Below, piece after piece: positions 39,097 to 52,700 of a stretch of 64,000 nucleotides of DNA. The stretch's first letter is position 1. Each line of letters begins with the position of its first letter. A program made the position numbers and the translations under genes. The stretch lies in NCBI GenBank assembly GCA_040954595.2, contig CM082577.2, positions 19,690,303-19,754,302 of the forward strand, read 5' to 3'. The stretch comes from Balanoglossus misakiensis (taxonomy: Eukaryota; Animalia; Hemichordata). The notes under the pieces were generated by a model. It was not told the origin of the DNA and did not search any database. It was given only the letters and a program-made list of their open reading frames with translations.

Positions 39097-42000
39097 TGGT
39101 CGGTTGATCTATCTATCTATCTGTCTGTCTGTCTGTCTGTCTGTCCGTCCGTCCGTCCATCCATCCATCCATCCATACAAAATCATGGCCCCCAATGAAA
39201 ACATTGTATTTTCCACCTTGAAACTACACAAAGTATGATCTCATTCACTAGAACACATGGAAGTAAATGTCCTGAGACATTACATTTTTATTTTTCGTTG
39301 CAATATTTCGCTTTTCATTTTAATTGCATGGAATTTATATCTAGCTGAAATGGCGTATTTGAGTTTTCCAAAGAACGTATGGTGGTGCTCTTTGTTCCGC
39401 GTGGGCCACCCACTGAAAATCTGTGATTGCATGGTTAGATCTCAATTTACCATGGTAACTGTAGCTAAATTTGCATAGGTGACCATATAGCAGACTTTGC
39501 AACATCCACGCGTCTGTAAAACCATCGAAAGAAACTAAAATTGTCACAAGAGGAAAACGCCACGGCATAGATTGGTTGATGCAAATCACTACAATGACTG
39601 CAGCGTGCCCTGATTTCATTTGGGGCTGAACATTTCTGTGATACCGTAATTCATGTATGTGACAGTTCCAAGTCAAAAATGTCTTTTTTCCCAGGAGTGT
39701 AAAACTAGCAAGAACACGAAGACGTACATAGAAACACAGCACAGAGAAAAAAGGAAAGTGGCACATCACCCAATCACAAGTACGTTTTTTAATTGCAATG
39801 TGTTTTTAGCATGTTTCAAAATTGCATAGTAGTTCGCCCATTCATGTTGAAAATAAATTGTCTATCGTCACAATATTTTATGAGCACATATGGGTAGTAC
39901 CATAGGTAGCCTGGTCACCATACCCAGTGTGTTTCAGATAGACTCACACCTCCGTGTTTTAGGTGTATGTTTGTTTGTTTGTTGTTATTGAACAAAAATG
40001 TTTGTTTGTTTATTTATTTATAAATATGGTCACGTTTGTTTGTTGACATGTTAGGGTTAGGGTGTATTCAACGGTTAGGGTTTATTGGGACTTTTTTCGC
40101 TCCACGGCATCTCTCCCAAACACTAAAACACGGAGGGAGCGCCCCCTGTGGTAGTACCCACAGTACTGAAAATCTGTGATTGGCTAGATCTCAATTTGCC
40201 ATGGTCACTCTAGGGACCGTTCAGTTTTTACGGCCGGGGGGGGGGGGGGGCAAAATCCAGGGGGGGGGGGTCACTTAAATTTTAAAGTCCAAAAGGGGGG
40301 GGGTGATCTGGGTTTTTTAAACGTTTAGGGGGGGTCACATACTTTTGCCACCGAACTTTTGAGTCCACAAAATTGCAGTTTCGCGCCCTTTATTTTACAA
40401 AATTTTCTAACACCCACCCCCTTCATTCTTCGCCAAATATGGTAGGCATGTTCCTAGGGGTACATCAAATAAGTTGTTCTAAAAAAAATTTCCCTTTTCA
40501 TTGCAGTATTGCACTTTTTTTAAAATTGCAGGAATTTTCGTTTTTCTTTAATTTTTGGCCATTTTGTCATAAATAAGTGTTGAGCTTGATATATTATCAT
40601 GAAATATCATTTTATAGACATAATTAAAAGCATATACGAGAATATTTAAAACTTTAATTTTTTATCCAGTTGCAGCTCATGTACCTTTAATGCGTCAGTG
40701 GAATTCGAATTGGACCAAATAGCTTGTTAGTCCAGCTTTGGCCAGCACTGGCGTGAACCCGGAAGTTTTATTGGTCCAATTTGAATTTCACTGACGCAGT
40801 AACCTTCCATTGTGTGACATTTAAGTACTGGGCTAGTTTCAACCCTTGTCTCTCTTTGTATTTTGGGAGTGATGCCGTGGAGTGAAAAATCCCAACACTA
40901 ACCCTAACTGTTGAATATACCCTGTCATGTCAACAAACAAACGTGACACGTTTGTTCATTATACCAATAAATAACAACAAACAAACAAACAAACAAACAC
41001 ACACAATAAAAGCACGGAGGGCAGCGCCCCCTGTGTCAAAACATCAATTAAAAGCAAACAAAATCAGAAATTCCTTTTCTAAGCTAGATCAAAACAGATT
41101 TATAAAATATTTTTAATCAGCTAGATTAATTAGCTGTCCTCATCATTGATTAGCATTTAAGGCTATGTTTTCTACACTGATCCCTTCTAGATGTTTCTGT
41201 TGAAAACTTTTCCTGTGAGGAAAACTGTGGCGGAACATGTCAATTTAGGTGGTGTTACAAAGGAGAAATTGAAGCTCCCAAAAGGTGTAAGTGTAAAGAT
41301 GCTTTATACAAATGTTGTTTAGGTGAGTACTCATCTAATTTGAATGAAGACAATGTCAATATCTGGTTTAGCATTTCACATCACATTTCAATGTATATGA
41401 CTGCCAGGGTCATCATATTCATCGAATCTTCAGTTTCCATAGCAACCAGAACAGATCATAATACAATGAAATACCATGCACACATCACTCTTTTCTATTT
41501 TTGATACAAAATAAATCAATGCACAGATCGATGTTTGTAAAGTAGTCCTTGAAACAGCTGTGTTGTCTCTGTATTCAATGTAAAGTTATAAAGTAACTGT
41601 CGTTCAATATTCTATTTAATTCCCCAAGGACAAATTGGCAGTTGGACTTTCAGATTTTGTTTTCCATTTATCCAAGTGTATGCATGCAGACAGTCAGTTC
41701 ATGTCTTGCACAATTGTATTCAGATGATGATGATGATGATGGTGATCATGATGATGATAAATTAATTTTGAAAAATTGTTTACCAAATATTTCTTCTAAA
41801 AGTGTCAAGAATAATTAAAATGTAACAGTAACTGGTGTAATACTGAAACAGTTGGAACTGAGAAATAGGGCACTGTAGTAGATATCACAAAAAAGTGATG
41901 TTCACATTTCTTTTTTTTTGTCCCATTTGGTATACCATGGGACCATATGGAATCAGTTGCATCTGTCTGAATGTCTGTCTGTCTGTCTGTATGTATGTAT

Positions 42001-45000
42001 GAAAAAATGATCTGTCGTCTTCTTTAAAAGTTAGTATAAACCTTATATAGGTGATCTGAGTTATCATAGTTTTGTTCAAATTGTTGGAAAATTTGCGTAT
42101 TTTTAATTTTGTAGCACTTTTTGCCTTTTTTGGTCAAAATTTTTCTCTAAAACCACTTGTCAGATTGCTTTGAAATATGGTAGGCATGTTCCTAGGGGTA
42201 CATCAAATAAGATGTTCTAAAAAATTTTTTATCAAAAATTATTTTCTTCCAAACTGCATGTTACATTGTTTTGAGCAGTTTTCGTAGGCATGTTCCTTTT
42301 GGTGATTGAACAATTTGTGTTTTTGCCACTTTTGAAAAAATATTGATTTCTCTGAAACTGCTTATGTTATGGGATTGCTTTGAAATTTGGTAGGAATATT
42401 CCTACTGTTAACCCAAGTTTTTGTCTGATTGCTTTGCAATTTGGGATGCAAGTTCATAAGACATGTGCAACTTTTATGCAATTCTGATGTTAGAAATGTT
42501 CAATATTTAGCAAGTATTTTTGTAATTATCTTTGATTTCCTCCAAAACCTCTTGTCCACTTGCTATGAAAGTTACCCGATATAATGAGTTGATCACTCAG
42601 TACACTACATGTTTATATAACTTTAATAGGCCAGCTGTTACAGAGACCACCAGCTATGTCTCTATTTGTCCCAGAGCTGAATGAAAGAAGTTGCTTGTCA
42701 TACTCATATGCGTTCTTACAGACAGTTTTTGGTCAAAAATCAGTTTTTCTAGCACTGCTTGTAAGATTTCTTTGACAATGACACTTGATTGGGCATGTTC
42801 GTAGTTATTTTTTTTTACATTTCCATATTTTTTCTAAAATTTATATATGGTTATATCATATCTGCTTGTCAATGTCACCGGGTACCTGTGATTTTAATTC
42901 TGGTGTATACCTATTTCTCTGTAATCCAAAAATGGGATCACAGTGTCCTTGATGCTATTTTTTGTAATTTTCTTTGTTTTTGTCAACAAAACTTCTCCTA
43001 AGCCACTTGTCCAGTTGCTTTGAAAGTTAATCTTTACTTTTCTATGATATATCGCCTGGATGGTTCAGATCAAACTGATGTGACTCGGATTTAACTCAAC
43101 AGTCAACAAGTGTGCATTTATTGTATGGCTTCCATGAAGCTAAAGAGAATAACAATATCCCATATTATATTATACCAGTATATTGATGGTGTAAATCGCG
43201 CTATTTGATTGGTCGAGACACGACACGTGACCGTGATATATTAGCCATATACCACAGTCATATATCATAGTCAAAGAAAATGCCTTTTAAAAATGTTTTA
43301 TGCAAAGTTTCAATATACTGGCATAATATAATAGCAATAAAACACCCCAAGCCATGGTATACCACTCGATTTTGACCAGTTCAACTCCATATACGCACTC
43401 GCTATCGCTCGTGCGTATATGTCGTGAACTGGTCAAAATCTCGTGGTATACCATGGCTGGGGGTGTTTTCGGATAATACATGTACTTCAATTAACCATAG
43501 AGGGCAGTGTACATCAGAACACGACATTTTCTTTTATTAACTGCCGGTGGCAGGTCACTGAGTGTCGGTCTGTCTGTCTTTTCTTTTTATATTTGGTTAG
43601 CTAGGTCATACATGTATCTGCCTGCCAATGTCACCCGATTTTTATTCTGGTATATACCTATTTCTGTGTAATCCTCAAATTGGACCAGAATGTCCTTGAC
43701 GCTACGTTTTAGGAAAGGCATGATTCTATTTTAACTTACTTTTTGCAACTTACCCAGAGTATAGACAATAACCATAGGTACAGCAAAAATGTAGGATGTT
43801 AATGACAAACAAGAAGGAAGTCGAGAAGGACTGAGTATTTCAAAATGTGAACCCTTCACATGAATATTATGCTGGACAAGTTTTGGTCCTACGAAAATTG
43901 AGTATAACGCCCTCTTGCACCGGAAATACATGCACCTGTTCGTCCGAGTTGTGAAGTCAGATAGATATAGAAGTGGGAAGGCTGCCACGCACGATGTTGT
44001 TACAGTACTACGAGTAGTTTAGTATTTTGATAGTTTTACTGCGATTTGATGTCGTTGATCGGCCCAATATAGATGTCAACGTTCCGTTTCGTGTTGGCAA
44101 AATTTCCGATGTAGTTTTTTGATAGATCTGAGACTGTTGAGGACCCAACCCATGCATTAATATTGCTATTGACATTTAATCGACCATAGCGAACAGTTTC
44201 CGGTGTTTTCTGACACTTGAACTTTGATTGTTATCGATTGGAATTCGTTTTCGGCAATTTGTGTTGGTTTATTGAATACGGTCCTTTACAAATAAAATAA
44301 ACTTCACATCGTTCGTTCGTACGAACGAACACTTTATGAACCTTAGCAGTGGAATCAGTTATTGAACTTTTTCGTACTTCTGGTATTCTTTGTTCTAATT
44401 TTATATGCAGATGACCCCGATGAATTGCACTGTAATGAACAATGTGGAGGGCTATGCCGGACAACATGTAAACCCGATGAAGTTGAATCAACAGGACCAT
44501 GCAAATGTAATGGTCTCCAAAGTAAATGTTGTATAAGTAAGTGAAAAGATATAAAACAAGATTGTTTTTATTGAGCTCAGTAGTGAGTACATGTTTGAAG
44601 CTTTGATTTTATCACCATTGCTATAATTATATTTGGCTCAGTCTATGATTTTATTTCTGACATATTTGTGATAAAGTGAGTGAGTGGGATGAATGTAATA
44701 CAGGGGAGTATATTAACATCCTCGAGCAATTAAGCTGGATTTCATTCAATCTTACTGCTCAGATTTCACTTTGATGCAGTCACCATGAATTTTGCACTTG
44801 CAACTTCTAAAGTTTTTTTGTGAAATCAAGAGAAAAACCCAAATTGTAAGTTATGACTTTTATGACAACTGGAACCAATTCTCCCCTGTAGTGAGACTTA
44901 CTCAAAAAGTGTTTTTAGCTTTGACAAGTTTTGTCTTTTTGTTTGTTTACTGTTTGGCTAAATAGAGAACCCAACAATTCTGAGATGTGCTGATCAATGT

Positions 45001-45587
45001 GATGGAAGTTGCCGAAAACACTGTAAAGATGGTGAAATTGTTGCATCAAACGGATGTACTTGTAAAGACAACCATGTCTGTTGTATTGGTAAGTCATAAA
45101 TAGTGATAGTAATTGTTTATCTGTTAGTGTGACTATGAATACCGAGATAGTTAGCTTTAGATTTGTAGCGTGGTCTTTGTATGTATGTATGTATGTATGT
45201 ATGTATGTATGTATGTATGTATGTATGTATGTATGTATGTATGTATGTATGTATGTATGTATGTATGTATGTATGTATGTATGTATGTATGTATGTATGT
45301 ATGTATGTATGTATGTATGTATGTATGTATGTATGTATGTATTATGTATGTATTATGTATGTATGTATGTATGTATGTATGTATGTATGTATGTATGTAT
45401 GTATGTGTGTATGTATGTGTGTGTATGTATGTATGTATGTACGTACGTGTATGTATGTATATGTATGTGTGTGTATGTATGTATGTATGTTTGTATGTAT
45501 GTATGTACATGTATGTATGTATGTATGTATGTACGTATATGTATGTACATGTATGTATGTATGTATGTATGTATGTATGTATGTATG

Positions 45588-45621
<34 letters not shown>

Positions 45622-45950
45622 TGTATGTATGTATGTATGCATGTATGTATGTATGTATGTACGTGTATGTATGTACATGTATGTATGTATGTGTGTGTGT
45701 ATGTATGTGTGTTTGTGTGTATGTATGTATGTATGTATGTATGTATGTATGTATGTATGTATGTATGTATGTATCATGTATGTATGTATGTATGTATGTA
45801 TGTATGTACGTGTATGTATGTACGTGTATGTATGTATGTGTGTGTGTATGTGTGTATGTTTGTATGTATGTATGTATGTATGTATGTATGTATGTATGTA
45901 TGTATGTATGTATGTATGTATGTATGTATGTATGTATGTATGTATGTATG

Positions 45951-45981
<31 letters not shown>

Positions 45982-46747
45982 TTACATATAATCCCATGAT
46001 ATCTTTCTTTGTTTGCCGTCATCGTATACGAGTGGTTTTCGCGGAGCAGACTGCAACTTCGAGCCGCGCCTCCGCGCAAACCACGAGTATACGTTGACGT
46101 TAAACAAAGAAAGATATCATGGGATTATATGTAAATATGCAAATGATGAACTATCGCTGATCATTCATAAAATCTCCCAACATATATCTCGTGGGGGAAA
46201 TAATACCGCTCAGTAAAATACCGCGCCATTTCAAAATTGTTGCAAGATACTGAATTTTTTTTTTTTAGTCCTGCCTCTTCTAACGAAAAATAAGAAGACT
46301 GTTCATGTGATAAATAGATAATCCCATGTATGTATGTATGTATGTATGTATGTATGTATGTATGTATGTATGTATGTATGTATGTATACATGTATGTATG
46401 TATGTATGTATGTATGTATACGAAATATGTTGTTCGACTGGTCCGATACGGAGTGCTCGATACTATAGTAGAGCAAAATATAAAGTAAGGGTAGCTGGAG
46501 AAACGATAGGTGGTATAATCTCTACAATGTTGTTTCGTGAGTCACTGGACTCCCTCATCAGGAGACTAAACTGGAGAAAATGTGAAGGGGAAGACGTGGT
46601 TATATGCAGGTGGTGGAATGTTGGTTGGGAAGGGCAGTTTTGCATAACAATGTGTAGCTGGTGATGTGAATGTGTTGTGTGGGGAGTTTCTAGATTTAAT
46701 TTGTTGCATAACAATGCTTTGTGTCTGTGTCGACATGACATGTGTGC

Positions 46748-46778
<31 letters not shown>

Positions 46779-49700
46779 GAATTTATTCGGCTCTACCACA
46801 TATACATACATTCATATACATACATGTTTTATGTATAGGTTTGTAAACATTAAACATTACATAATTATATCCTGGACTGTAGATAGGAATTTGTTCATAT
46901 TAATTTGTGCAGATCAAGCTGTAATTTTTCTCAGAAGCGATTTGTGCAAGAGTTGATAAAGTTTGCATGGAGGTACCCAAGAATCTTCACTTGCACTTTC
47001 CTTCAAGTTATGATATACATGATAGTTTATTTTGGGGCAAAGATAGGAATGTAATGGAAAATTGATTCAGCTGATATGCTTGTGAGTATGTCTTAACTAA
47101 ATGAACTATTTTTATGTTTTGTGGTATCAAGATGACCCAACTAAATTGGACTGTTCTGAACTGTGTGGTGGCACATGCAGAAATTCAGGTTGCGAAAAGG
47201 GAGAGATTCGGGCAACTAAGGGTTGTAAATGTGCTGGCAAATTTCACTGCTGTATTTGTAAGTATACTGTGTACCTTGTAAATATTTGGAACACCTGCAA
47301 TCTGATCATTGTATTTCCCCCAACAATGAAAAGTAAAGTATACATGTTGTGTGGTAAAAAGCATTGTAATATTTAAGCAATAACCCGCAGCCAAGGGTGG
47401 TTATACCCTGAGATATAGCACAATTCATGCCATATATGCACGTATATACAGTATGGAGTGAATTGTGCTATATCAAGTGGTATACCCACCCTCGACAGGG
47501 GATTAATGCTATTTTATTATATCATCATTATTATATCACGAATACGACATAACAAGTGAGGTGTAATACTTTCTTTTCAACACTGTGTGACATAAGAAAC
47601 TTAGGAATTATCAGTTATCTGAGTCATGGACCTGACTCTCTTTTTTAGGTCCCTTTTGTGTATGTATATATACCAGTGCAGTGGGACCTCATGGGATCGG
47701 TTGTGTCTATATGTATGGATGTATATGTATGTATGGATGTATGTCTGTATGTCCGTCCACATCAAAAACTTGAAAACCGCTGTGCGTATAACCTCGATAT
47801 TTGGTGTGCAGGTGCATTACGGGCTATAGGTAGGAGTTTGTTCAAATGAAGTTGTCGTGGCCAAAAACATGCAAATTCGCTGGGGGAAACCTAAATAAGG
47901 TCAAAACTCAGAAACTCAACAACCACTGGTCATATTGATTTGAAAATTAATATGCATGTACCTGATGTTAACCTCACACAGGTCTGTATGTTTTGAGCTA
48001 ATAGTGTGAATTTATTTTTTATGTATTGTTTTGTCTTTTTCCACATTTTTGGTAAAACATCTACTTTTCTGGAATTGATCAGCCGACTTCTTTGAAATTT
48101 AGTATGGAGCTTCATATAGGTGATCTGAGTTTCCAAAGTTTTGAGCAATTTTTGCCTATTTGATCAAATTTGTTTTTCTGTAAAATCGCTTGTCAGATTG
48201 CTTTGAAATTTGGTAGGCATGTTCCTAGGGGTACCCCGAGTAAGACTTAGGTGTATGTTTTCTAATCAAGTTGAAGAATTCAATAGTATATTTTTGGGCG
48301 ATTTTTGCCTATTTTGGTCAAAACTCTTTCTCAGAACCCTTTTCCCCATTGCTTTGAAATTTGATTTAAAGGTTCCTGGGTGTGTTCTCATGATGATTTA
48401 CAAAACCTATGATGAAAGTGTCAATGTTTTGTGTGGGCAATATCTTGTATTTTGGGGGCATATTTTCCAATTTTGATAAAAAAATTATATTTCTCAGAAA
48501 TTATATGGCTGATTATTTTTAAAAATTTTGTTGTAAGATAATTGGATTGTCTTCTTTAGAATTATAATGGAATCAAATCATAGGTAAATCGGAACTTTTA
48601 TATTTTGTAGGATATTTTGTCTTATACCACAAAAAAATTCATCTCAAGAAGAGCAATTACTTGTACATTCTTTGTAATAAAAGAGGCACCCTACTGACAT
48701 TTGTAAACACAGCAAATTCCTGCATGATTACATAACTGGCCAACTTTTAAAGAGACCAGCTGTTCTATTTGGTGTATGTACAGTACACATGCCATCGGCA
48801 GCTTATGGGTCAGTCAGTGTTTGCCCATTGATCTCTCGCTATGTGTGTGTGTGTGTCTGTTTGTATATGTACTCCGGTTTAGACTTTTTCTGTGTAATCC
48901 CTAAATGGGACCACTGTGTCCTTGACGCGATTTTTTTATTGTTGTTACCAACCGAAGAGGAGTAACATGCACACACCTGTAGTAGAGATTGTGTAATATT
49001 CTCACTTTTGGAATGATGTTTATAAAGTTGTAACTGTAATTATATCTATTCTATTAGCTGACCCCTACAATGTCAGAATTCCATGTGATGACAGCGAAGA
49101 ACGTGTGTGTCGCCATAGACAGTGTCAAGTGGAGGAAGAGAAAGCTCCGCATTTCCTTGTATGTGATGGCTCCACTGATACCTGTTGTATAGGTGTGTCT
49201 TTAATTGTTATAGCAGTAGAATAGTACACAAGTCCAAATGAATTAAACTTTGTGGTTGGTATTTCCCTCATCAGTATTACACCAGAGAAAAATAAAGGCA
49301 GTGACATCATGAATGAAATATTAAAAGTGTATTAAGGCCGAGTGAAAGTAATATGTTTTTATTGATTTGATGAGGATACTGTTGAAGTGCAATACTAGTT
49401 AGTTTATTATGTCAATAGTAATACATAGTGGAGAAAGTATACGTATTGTATGCAGTTGAAATTCGCAAACTGTTTTTTTAAGAAAAAATACTTGGTCAGA
49501 TGACCAGGTTGATCAGCTAATTGACCAGTAGAATATATGCTAGTCTAGAATCTATCCGTTCGTAGTCGCATTCACCCTACTACCGTCTAGGACCGCAGAA
49601 CCAAAATCTAGTAAGGCCATAAAAATGGTAATTTGAATGTGAATAGTCTCCAACTGAGCAATCTGACGTCAGAGAAGTCAATCACTTACGTTGACCGACT

Positions 49701-52700
49701 ACTGATTGGCCGTGAGGTGATGACGTTGAATGTTAATTATGTTTACAATGTAGCTCCGCCCCGAATGATACATAATCATGATCACGTGGTGACGCTTGAC
49801 GTCAGATTGCTCAGTTGGAGACTATTCACATTCAAATTACCATTTTTATGGCCTTACTAGATTTTGGTTCTGCGGTCCTAGACGGTAGTAGGGTGAATGC
49901 GACTACGAACGGATAGATTCTAGACTAAATATATGCATGCTGTTGCCAGTATAACCAATTATATTAATGCATTGATCGGATAAAGATTGAATTGTTGATC
50001 AGCTACTGAGGTGGCTGCACATGCGTAGCCGCTGTTTAAGCGCAACTAGTTGCCAGTCGAGTAGCCCGGTGTAACTGTTCGATGTAGCGTAGCGACTCGA
50101 GTTGCACACTTGGCCTTTTATAGAACAAGAGGCGCAGCTCAACCAGTGCTAATAGTACATAGATCACACAAGTTGTCTGTATCAACATAGAGTGTATTAA
50201 GGATACGAGATAAGAAATTCAATTTTTTTGAGGTTATAAACGGCTAGCGAGGGTATTTGGTTGCGGATGGTGAAAATAGCATATTTGGCGGGAAACAATC
50301 GCCTCGCGCCTGAGAGGTATCCGTACCAAATACCCAAGCGCACCGTTTATAACCTCTTTATAATATGAATTTGCAGGATAAAGATAAACAATTTCATTAT
50401 TTTGAATTCGTTGTTTGGTTAGGAATAAATCATGCCAGTTCCAGGGCCTCATCGCTCACTGTTCCAGAATGTGCCTGCTGAGCTCATGCTAACGTGTTCT
50501 AGAATTTCTAAATCGCGCGAGTTTATTCCACCACCAGTAAAGTTATAAACTGTGTTGTATTCAGGCCCGTTCTCTTCTTCGTGTTCCAACATGTTATTTT
50601 TTTTTAACTATTCACTGTGCAGGGTCCAGGTCGAGGATATAAACCCCGGCTCCAGCCAATCTGCGAGCTGGATTCATACCAAGCATATTATAATGAAATA
50701 AACATTTCTCTGTTAATAATTGTGCTCAGAATCCCCTAAAACTATATTTTCTGAAAGCTTAGATATAGGAGAACATTTTGAATACCATTGTTTACACATC
50801 TATCACGTGACAATCAATTGAAATAACCTTTGAAAAATCAGTTTTCTCGATGTTTTGTGTTAAAGCTTGGAGATATCTTGCTCAAATTTGCATGAATGCA
50901 AGTTGTCGTAACTATCATACAAAGTATGTCTCAGATTTTTTTTAAAGCACCTAGCTCAATTTTTATGACACGAAAACTTCGGGAGCAGTGAATTAACCCT
51001 AGTCTATCGCCTTTAAGAATTTACCACGAAAAAAACAGTCAGATAAAAGAAATCCCAGACACACTTTGTATGATAGTTGTGTATACAATGGTCACACTGA
51101 AGTAACCAAAATTTACTTCCTATATCTATATGCTAGATATTAATTTAGGCAGAATGTCAATGTATTTAAACATGACGGCTCCAGAGTCCAATTGTGAAAT
51201 AAATGAGTTTCATAAAATAAAAAATAACCAAAATCTTAAAGAACGTGACCTTATATCATACAAGCACAGCTGCATAGTGGCACTATTTTGTGTATGATCC
51301 CAATCATAAAATCTCTGAAAAGCGAATGAAGACTAGGAATAATTGACAAAAGAATTGTAATCTCTCTACAACAGACCAGGACTATGAAGTAAGATGTGAA
51401 AGTTCATGTCATGGTAAATGCAAGACAGAATGCAATTATAAGGAAATTGAATTATCATCTGATTGTAAGTGTAACAAAGGTCATGTATGTTGCATTGGTA
51501 AGTATGCCTGATATTCGCAAGAAATCTTACAATAAACAATAATTTTGCACCCCCCAAAAAACAAACAACAACAAACGTTCTTTCAATTGACATTTGACCA
51601 AAGTTACCTCAAATATTTTAATTTTTATATGAAGTGTCTTACCCAGAGATTGAAATAAATCCAAATTAATTTGGAATTTTTTGACTACTTTTCAAAATTG
51701 TTTGAATTTATCTGGTGATGAGCCATCAAGTTTATTATTAGTTTAATGAAGGGGTTGTAAACATATTGAGAAATATATTTCAAAACCCTCTTCCTGTGCC
51801 ATGTGAGATCTTGGATGAAGCACAAATGTCACAAATTACCCAATTGTGCTAACAAAGACAAATTATGAAAATACCAGTTTACAGCAAATAATATTGAGGC
51901 TTGTATCGACTGTATATTCTGACAGAAAATCCAAGCATCTTAGAATGTAACCAGGCCTGTGGTGGTACATGTCTCACAGAGTGCAACGAAGGACAGATTG
52001 AATCCTCACACGATTGTAAATGTAAAAAAAATGGCAAATGTTGCATAGGTAAGCAGTGCTACTGTTGTCATGCATGATGACTGCAGCAGATTATTTCCTT
52101 CAAATAAAACAGTCACAAGCAAAATACAAATAAGCTTGCATGTCGATTAATATTAATGACGCTACGCTAATTTGCATACAAGCGTCCCCCATCACAGTTG
52201 TTAATCTAAGGTTCCACTGTATATTATGCACTTCACATATTGATATGTTTCTCTAAGAGGCTGAATGTAAATCGAGGGCATGGACAGATCTTTTGTGTAT
52301 GTACTTGTTTGAAAGCAACATTTTGGAAAAAAAAGGTAGTGCATCCCGGGACCAATGCATGTCCGTGCTCTGAGATTTTTTTCTATCTTCTTCAAAACTA
52401 TTGAGAGTTCAACAAAATCGTTCGGCACAACTATTTTCAAAGGCATTGGTCCCGGAATGCGCTACCTTTTATTTCAAATTGTTGCTTTTCACACAGGTAA
52501 ATATCGGGAAAAACTTACAGTTACAGGGCTGTGCATCTAACGGTGATGCCCTGGGGCATCACTGGCCGTAAGACACATTTGCTACGCCCTGCTACGAGCC
52601 TATGTCACACCATGCAGAGCTAGCCGTTTCCGTGCTCCGAGTATTTTTCAATCTTCTTCAAAAGTATTGTGATTTCAACAAAATCGTTAGGCACAACTAT

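Noticed and set aside
44362-44544. ORF resembling a stand-alone signal peptide plus defensin (MNFFVLLVFFVLILYA-DDPD...)
   Set aside because: It starts at TTG, and the hydrophobic stretch is the translated polypyrimidine tract of the acceptor at 44410; the module is an internal exon.
45129-46097. Long ORFs of MYVC / HTYI repeats (200-322 aa), and similar ones at 53111-53630
   Set aside because: Artefacts of the stop-free (ATGT)n microsatellite.
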